Below, in pieces: positions 31,410-36,151 of a DNA stretch of 36,151 bases. The DNA is from a virus: IMG/VR virus record IMGVR_UViG_3300013131_000009, positions 1 to 36,151 of that record; one strand, 5' to 3'. The notes beneath the pieces were generated by a model. That model searched no databases. It worked only from the letters and a program-made list of their open reading frames with translations, and was not told the DNA's origin. Position numbers and translations under genes: made by a program. Numbering within the stretch: the first letter of the stretch is position 1; each line of letters begins with the position of its first letter.

Positions 31410-33500
31410 ATGGCCAATCTCGTTACACCAATGCCAATGATTCGCGCTCGCTTCTTTGATGACAATGCCCGCCCATTATCAGGTGGTAAAATTTACACCT
31501 ACGAGCCAAACACCACTACGCCAAAAACCACATACAAAGACTTAGCGGCAACAACCCCAAACACCAACCCGATCTTGCTTGATGTGGCGGGTGAAGCGGA
31601 TATTTATTTTGATGGCCAGTATCGAGTAATTGTTGAGTCGTGGCGCGGTGAGCGGCTTTATGATGTTGATAATATTGGAGCACTGGCGCAAATTAAAGCC
31701 AACTTCGTTGTCGACGCAAGCGGACAAACACAGCAGCAGATAAATGATTATAGAAAATCAAAATTCATCTATCCTGAAGATTTTGGTGCAGTCGGAGATG
31801 GTGTTTATAATGACGCTGTAGCAATGCAAAACGCTCTAAATGTAGCAGCAACAAATAAGCGAGTTCTGTCATTCACGCATGGAAAAACTTACAACTGTAC
31901 AGGTGTCACACTTGACGCTTCATGTCATATTTATGGTAATGGTGCTACACTTAAAGGCTATCTTCGTGTAACTGGTGATGATCTTGTTATTCGAGATTTT
32001 AATTTAATAAGCACTAATGCTGTGATAGGGCTATATTTATTTGGCTCTACCACAGTCCCAACTAGATATTACAGACAGAAAATCCATAATGTTAAAATTA
32101 CTTTCGATACTGGTGTTGCTACTGGTGATTCATTCGGCTTGTATGCAAGTAACATTGACAACTTAGAGGTTACATCTTGTAATATTCAGTATGCGATACA
32201 GTTGATTGGATGTACAGATTATTTAATTGACGGTAACATTATTGACGGTAACAACTACTCTAACAATAATGAACTTATTCATGCATCTAGGTTGTCATAT
32301 GGTCAGATTTTAAATAACACGTTTAAAAACTCTCTTGATAATTTTATTGACTTGTATTCTTCTGGTGCACGTACAATTGTTGCAAACAATAGATTTTTGT
32401 CTTGTAAAACAAGACTTGGTACAGCAATAGAAATTAAGGTTACAATGTCAGACGATCCAGCTAACTCGTCTAGTGACGCATTAGGATGGGCTGAACAAGT
32501 CATAATTTCAAATAACTATTTTTACGACATTAAGGCTTATGGTGTACAAACTACATCGTTTATCAACATTTATTATATTGACTCACGTGCTGCACCCTCG
32601 TTTAGTTGGGCAAATACACCAAGAAACTTCATTATTGATGGTAATATTTTTGATGGTTTTGATGCAACTTTACACGGTACAACTTACTTTTCCGCAATCA
32701 AATTGGAGTCTATCAACGCAGCGTTAATAAGTAATAATGTTTTCAGAAATCTAGCATTGGGAACATCAAACGACATATCATCGTGTGTTTGGATTGAAAA
32801 TTGCCAAGACATTATTGTAAATTCGAATAGAATGTCAATAAAGGACGGTACTGGTATTTCCCTTCACGGGGATTGTAAAAATATTACAATATCAAATAAT
32901 CACATATTGCAAGATTTAAACAAATCACAAATACCAAAATACGGGATACGTATTACGAAAGAGGGCGCAAGACCTGATCCGACAATCACATTTAGTAAAT
33001 TTGTAGGAAACACTGTTTTTTGCTCACTTTCTGCGTTTCGTCAATTGTTCTACGCTAACGGATACATGAATGACTGTATTATCTCTGATAACGTTTTCCA
33101 AGAGCAAACAGATTTCGGCAAAATCAACAGGTGTATTATTTCTGATAATAAATTTTTTGTCGGGTCAACTCGTTTTCAGGCTTTGGGTGTTGGCGATCTT
33201 GGCGGTATTTGTGCACACAACACGATTACAAATAATCAGGTTGAATCAAACACAACTACGCAAAAACCATGTATATCAATAACTCGACTGCGCGGTAGTA
33301 ATATTTCTGGAAACACGGCGAGAAATGCAACACATGGTATGATTATTCTTGGAACAAACGTGGCTGGAGAATTGGACTATCTGAATATTAAAGATAATTT
33401 TTCGATTAACCAAACACAGGCAAACTTTCCAACATTGTCAAATATTAATGCAACAGATAGTGCAACACACCAATCAGCAAACAATCAAAAGATAACATGA
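31410..33500 (+). CDS. Tailspike / tail fibre with pectate-lyase-type beta-helix (probable polysaccharide depolymerase)
   Basis: The N-terminus (GGKIYTYEPNTTTPKTTYKDLAATTPNTNPILLD) is a common phage fibre anchor. YPEDFGAVGDGVYNDAVAMQNALN is the Pectate_lyase_3 start, followed by many N/I/G-rich beta-helix rungs. Confidence 0.8.
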   Translation: MANLVTPMPMIRARFFDDNARPLSGGKIYTYEPNTTTPKTTYKDLAATTPNTNPILLDVAGEADIYFDGQYRVIVESWRGERLYDVDNIGALAQIKANFVVDASGQTQQQINDYRKSKFIYPEDFGAVGDGVYNDAVAMQNALNVAATNKRVLSFTHGKTYNCTGVTLDASCHIYGNGATLKGYLRVTGDDLVIRDFNLISTNAVIGLYLFGSTTVPTRYYRQKIHNVKITFDTGVATGDSFGLYASNIDNLEVTSCNIQYAIQLIGCTDYLIDGNIIDGNNYSNNNELIHASRLSYGQILNNTFKNSLDNFIDLYSSGARTIVANNRFLSCKTRLGTAIEIKVTMSDDPANSSSDALGWAEQVIISNNYFYDIKAYGVQTTSFINIYYIDSRAAPSFSWANTPRNFIIDGNIFDGFDATLHGTTYFSAIKLESINAALISNNVFRNLALGTSNDISSCVWIENCQDIIVNSNRMSIKDGTGISLHGDCKNITISNNHILQDLNKSQIPKYGIRITKEGARPDPTITFSKFVGNTVFCSLSAFRQLFYANGYMNDCIISDNVFQEQTDFGKINRCIISDNKFFVGSTRFQALGVGDLGGICAHNTITNNQVESNTTTQKPCISITRLRGSNISGNTARNATHGMIILGTNVAGELDYLNIKDNFSINQTQANFPTLSNINATDSATHQSANNQKIT

Positions 33501-33524
33501 TCAAACCCATCATTTAAAACTATA

Positions 33525-33546
33525 AAGCCCTTCGGGGCTTTTTTAT
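33525..33546 (+). terminator. Rho-independent terminator after the tailspike gene
   Basis: AAGCCC-TTCG-GGGCTT is followed by TTTT, making a TTTTTT run with the last two stem bases. Confidence 0.8.
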
Positions 33547-33569
33547 TACCAAAATTTAGGGGGAACATC

Positions 33570-33848
33570 ATGCAAGAGCATGAAAAAACACTTTTCACTT
33601 TAGTTGTTATAGGAGCGCTAATCGGTATGAGTAGGCTACTAGTTTCAAGCGAACCTTTGTCAGCTCGATTAATCATTGGGCGAACAATCCTTGGTTCAGC
33701 TACTTCAACAATTGCAGGCATCGTGTTAATTCAATTTCCTGATCTCAGCCCTGTGGCACTGGTTGCTATCGCATGTGCTTTGGGTATTTTGGGAAGTACG
33801 TTTATCGAAGAGTACTTGAAGAAAAACGTAAATAAGTGGGGTGGGTGA
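33570..33848 (+). CDS. Holin (three predicted TM helices)
   Basis: 92 aa with AGGGGGAACATC ATG. TM segments are LFTLVVIGALIGM, IIGRTILGSATSTIAGIVLI and VALVAIACALGILGSTFI, with a charged C-terminus. It lies directly upstream of the endolysin. Confidence 0.7.
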   Translation: MQEHEKTLFTLVVIGALIGMSRLLVSSEPLSARLIIGRTILGSATSTIAGIVLIQFPDLSPVALVAIACALGILGSTFIEEYLKKNVNKWGG

Positions 33849-34402
33849 TGACAACTAAACCATTTTTTGATGCTGCTCGTGTTATTGCTGGAGGCAAGCT
33901 TACACAAGAACAGGTAGATAAGCTCAATGATGTTGTTGATGAGCTTCAACAAAAAGGCATGAAAATAAGCCAAGTTGGTATTGAACTAATCTCTAGCTTT
34001 GAAGATACCAAGCTTCAAGCATATGACGATGGTGTAGGTGTATGGACTATTGGCATTGGAACTACAGTTTATCCCAATGGCGTAAACGTAAAGAAAGGCG
34101 ATAAGTGTACTTTAGAACAAGCAAAAGAATATTTTGCACATGATTTAAAGCGCTTTGAATCTTCTGTGAATAAGCTCGTGGAAGTGCCTTTATCTCAAAA
34201 CCAGTTTGATGCTTTGGTCAGCCTTGTTTATAACATTGGTCAAACAGCTTTTAGCAATTCAACTCTTTTAAAGAAACTGAATGCCAAAGATTACCAAGGG
34301 GCAGCGGATCAATTTTTACGTTGGAACAAGGGCGGTGGCAAGGTTATGAAAGGCTTAGTTCGTCGTCGTGAAGCTGAGCGAGCACTATTTCTAAAGAAGT
34401 AA
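33848..34402 (+). CDS. Endolysin, GH24 (T4/P22-type) lysozyme
   Basis: ELISSFEDTKLQAYDDGVGVWTIGIGTT carries the E-x8-D-x5-T catalytic triad. The conserved block NQFDALVSLVYNIG is also present. Start overlaps the holin stop (TGATG). Confidence 0.9.
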   Translation: MTTKPFFDAARVIAGGKLTQEQVDKLNDVVDELQQKGMKISQVGIELISSFEDTKLQAYDDGVGVWTIGIGTTVYPNGVNVKKGDKCTLEQAKEYFAHDLKRFESSVNKLVEVPLSQNQFDALVSLVYNIGQTAFSNSTLLKKLNAKDYQGAADQFLRWNKGGGKVMKGLVRRREAERALFLKK

Positions 34403-34407
34403 CTTAT

Positions 34408-34533
34408 ATGTGCAAACGCTCTTTCATTACTTCAATCGTTACAGTGCTGTGCTTGCTTCTGTCAAGCTGCACAGCTCACTCAATTAAAACCAATGTCAAT
34501 ATCAGTGTTTGCTTGCAGTGTGTGCAACATTAG
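34408..34533 (+). CDS. 41-aa lipoprotein ORF (possible Rz1-like o-spanin)
   Basis: MCKRSFITSIVTVLCLLLSSC has the lipobox LSSC. It lies right after the endolysin. The SD is weak and no partner i-spanin ORF is visible. Confidence 0.4.
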   Translation: MCKRSFITSIVTVLCLLLSSCTAHSIKTNVNISVCLQCVQH

Positions 34534-34539
34534 CGAGTA

Positions 34540-34758
34540 TCAATCCCTCACTACTTCCACACCCTTAATTCTCCGCTTAGTTATATATGTACTGGCTTCA
34601 GTAGAATCATAGAACGTCTTTGCACCATCTTTTTCTTTCTTAAAAACATACTGCATTGTGTACATAGCATTTATATCTGACGAGTCTTGATATTCTTCAT
34701 GCTCGGTTGTTTGTACGTGTAAGTAAAGTCCGTTCTTCTTTATGTAGTAAGGTCTCAT
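34540..34758 (-). CDS. Hypothetical 72-aa protein translationally coupled to the integrase
   Basis: ATGA overlap with the int stop (CAATGAGA). No TM and no motif recognised. Confidence 0.55.
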   Translation of the reverse strand: MRPYYIKKNGLYLHVQTTEHEEYQDSSDINAMYTMQYVFKKEKDGAKTFYDSTEASTYITKRRIKGVEVVRD

Positions 34759-35975
34759 TGTTTACCCCAGCTATCAACAATATCAGCCCAGTCTTGAAGC
34801 ATTTTGCGCCTGCTTTCAAGATATTTAGCATGGTTATAAGTTGCTCGTGTTTTGTTTTCTTCAACATGTGCTAGTTGTTTGTTGATCCAGTCAGGCTTGT
34901 ATCCTTTTTCATTCAAAAGAGTAGATGCAGTTGCACGAAAATCATGTGTTGTAACTTCAGGCATACCAATAAAAACAAGTGCTCTATTTAAAGTAGTGCG
35001 TGCAAGCATTTCATCATTTTTGAATGGTGCAGAAAATACATAAGTTTGATTTTGTGATATTTCAAATTGTTCTTTGAGTAAGGCAAAAAGCTGATCTGAC
35101 ATTGGCACAAGATGAATGTGGTTTTTTTTGTTGCTGCGTTCTTGTTTGCGTCGTCTTGATGCCTTTGGAAATTCAATTAACCTTTCCTCAAAATCAACAA
35201 ATGACCACTGCATTCGACGCACTTCAGAAGCTCGCAACATTGTATACATCATTGCAAGACAGGCGTTTCTTACTGTAGTTGTGCCTCCGTATAGCTCAAG
35301 TCTTGTTCTAAGTCTGATGCGTTCATCTTTATCTAGTGGTCGTGCATGTTCAGTCTCAGGCGATTCAATCGCATTTTTCACTGCATATGTGGGATCATTT
35401 TCAGCTCTAAGCGTAACAATCGCATATTTCATTACAAGACTAATAAAAAGTCGATTTTGGTTAGCTGCTGCTTCGCCAGTGCCATAATGACTTAATTTTC
35501 TAACGCGGGTAATCGTATTTTTTAAAATTGATAAAATGTCGGCGGATGTGACTTCGCGAATAGGCTTGTGACCAATTGCTGTATAAATATCTTTTTCCAT
35601 TGAGCGTTTGAATTGATCGATATAATCTTTGCTTTTATATTTCATACCCTCAACAATATATTCTTCAGCAATAGCTTTAAAAGTGTTGCTATTAGCAATT
35701 AAATTTTCTTGCTGTAGTTTTCTTTTTTCCTGCACTGGGTTTATCCCATCTTTTAAAAGCGCTTTTATTTCTTCTTTCTTTTTTCGTGCTTCAGCTAAAG
35801 ACACAGACGGGTAATCGCCAAGACTAATTGTGCCTTCTTTGCTATGTAGTGTATATTTAAGTCGCCATACTTTCTTGCCAGTAGGTCGAACCTCAATGTA
35901 TAGCCGTTCTGCATCAAGAATTCTATACATTTTTTCTTGTGGTTTTAGATTCTTTATTTTTGTGTCTGAAAGCAT
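34755..35975 (-). CDS. int: Tyrosine integrase, P4-type with DUF4102 arm-binding N-domain
   Basis: The N-terminus is LSDTKIKNLKPQEKMYRILDAERLYIEVRPTGKKVWRLKY. Catalytic residues are in LRASEVRRM (R), THDFRATAS (HxxR) and LAHVEENKTRATYNH (H...Y). Start set at ATG 35975, because the upstream extension in the track runs into the arm repeats. Confidence 0.92.
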   Translation of the reverse strand: MLSDTKIKNLKPQEKMYRILDAERLYIEVRPTGKKVWRLKYTLHSKEGTISLGDYPSVSLAEARKKKEEIKALLKDGINPVQEKRKLQQENLIANSNTFKAIAEEYIVEGMKYKSKDYIDQFKRSMEKDIYTAIGHKPIREVTSADILSILKNTITRVRKLSHYGTGEAAANQNRLFISLVMKYAIVTLRAENDPTYAVKNAIESPETEHARPLDKDERIRLRTRLELYGGTTTVRNACLAMMYTMLRASEVRRMQWSFVDFEERLIEFPKASRRRKQERSNKKNHIHLVPMSDQLFALLKEQFEISQNQTYVFSAPFKNDEMLARTTLNRALVFIGMPEVTTHDFRATASTLLNEKGYKPDWINKQLAHVEENKTRATYNHAKYLESRRKMLQDWADIVDSWGKQ

Positions 35976-35978
35976 TGT

Positions 35979-36019
35979 TACCCGTCCAATGATTTTTATT
36001 ACCCGCGAATATACCCGTT
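35979..36019 (+). promoter_or_regulatory. Three TACCCGY motifs just upstream of int
   Basis: TACCCGTC at 35979, TACCCGC at 36000 and TACCCGTT at 36012. The first abuts the int start codon and RBS. Confidence 0.45.
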
Positions 36020-36026
36020 TTATTTG

Positions 36027-36129
36027 CAGATTAATACAGATCAATACCGACTAAAACAGACTAAAGAATTGCTAAGATCCAAACAGATAAAGACTTTTAC
36101 AGATTAATTCAGATTTAAGTAGATTCAAG
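36027..36129 (+). repeat. Eight direct CAGAYTAA-type 10-mers with 10-bp phasing (candidate recombination-directionality or arm sites)
   Basis: Copies start at 36027, 36037, 36047 and 36057 (exact 10-bp period), at 36084, and at 36100, 36110 and 36120 (exact 10-bp period). The last copy abuts the 24-nt core. Confidence 0.6.
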
Positions 36130-36151
36130 TGAATATTTTAATTGCAAATGA
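36128..36151. repeat. Right copy of terminal direct repeat (candidate att core)
   Basis: Identical to 1..24. Confidence 0.7.

Larger units (their letters stand above)
1..36151. mobile_element. Complete temperate phage genome / prophage (lambdoid regulation, P22-like podovirus morphogenesis genes)
   Basis: Integrase and Xis-type HTH lie at opposite ends. The window holds a CI/Cro switch, RecT/exonuclease, O-like initiator + DnaB, terminase-portal-scaffold-coat-gp4/gp10-like-ejection proteins-tailspike, and holin-endolysin. The same 24-nt sequence occurs at both window ends. Confidence 0.85.

Noticed and set aside
31410-33500. Diversity-generating retroelement or other targeted hypervariation acting on the tail fibre
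   Set aside because: The window holds no reverse transcriptase ORF and no template/variable repeat pair. The compositional break is better explained by module exchange.
33485-33721. 78-aa minus-strand ORF spanning the tailspike terminator and holin start
   Set aside because: It is antisense to a strong terminator and to the holin gene, has no SD, and is improbable as a gene.
35976-36044. N-terminal 23-codon extension of the integrase ORF given in the track
   Set aside because: The extension runs through the TACCCGY and CAGAYTAA repeat field. The canonical DUF4102 N-terminus (MLSDTKIKNL) begins at ATG 35975.

Overview
The window is a complete temperate phage genome or prophage of about 36.1 kb. 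It starts and ends with the same 24-nt sequence, which is either an att core or a circularisation overlap. The regulatory layout is lambdoid and the virion module is P22-like (podovirus). Order, left to right:
- **Leftward early operon (minus strand):** Xis-like HTH, small acidic proteins, a YqaJ-type exonuclease with RecT, and small exported or membrane proteins.
- **Immunity region:** CI (HTH + S24 peptidase) and a Cro-like protein, with two mirrored sets of three 16-bp operators (OL/PL and OR/PR/PRM). An AT-rich membrane-protein gene sits in the lambda rex position.
- **Rightward early operon:** O-like initiator with internal iterons, DnaB, a PP-loop (PAPS-reductase-like) enzyme, many small translationally coupled genes, a PD-(D/E)xK resolvase-like nuclease and a possible late regulator.
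- **Pre-late region:** a duplicated stem-loop/terminator region.
- **Late genes:** HNH/Ref-like, NinB-like, TerS, TerL, portal, scaffold, coat, gp4-like, gp10-like, GNAT, ejection proteins (one with a lambda-R-like transglycosylase domain), tailspike, holin, GH24 endolysin.
- **Right end:** a P4-type tyrosine integrase with phased arm repeats.

The best candidates for undescribed biology are two lysogeny or moron cassettes: the rex-position gene, and a lipoprotein plus mini-TM pair in the P22 sieA/immI position. The duplicated pre-late RNA modules are the next candidate. I recognised no known defence-system domain. All family assignments come from motifs read by eye, not from searches.
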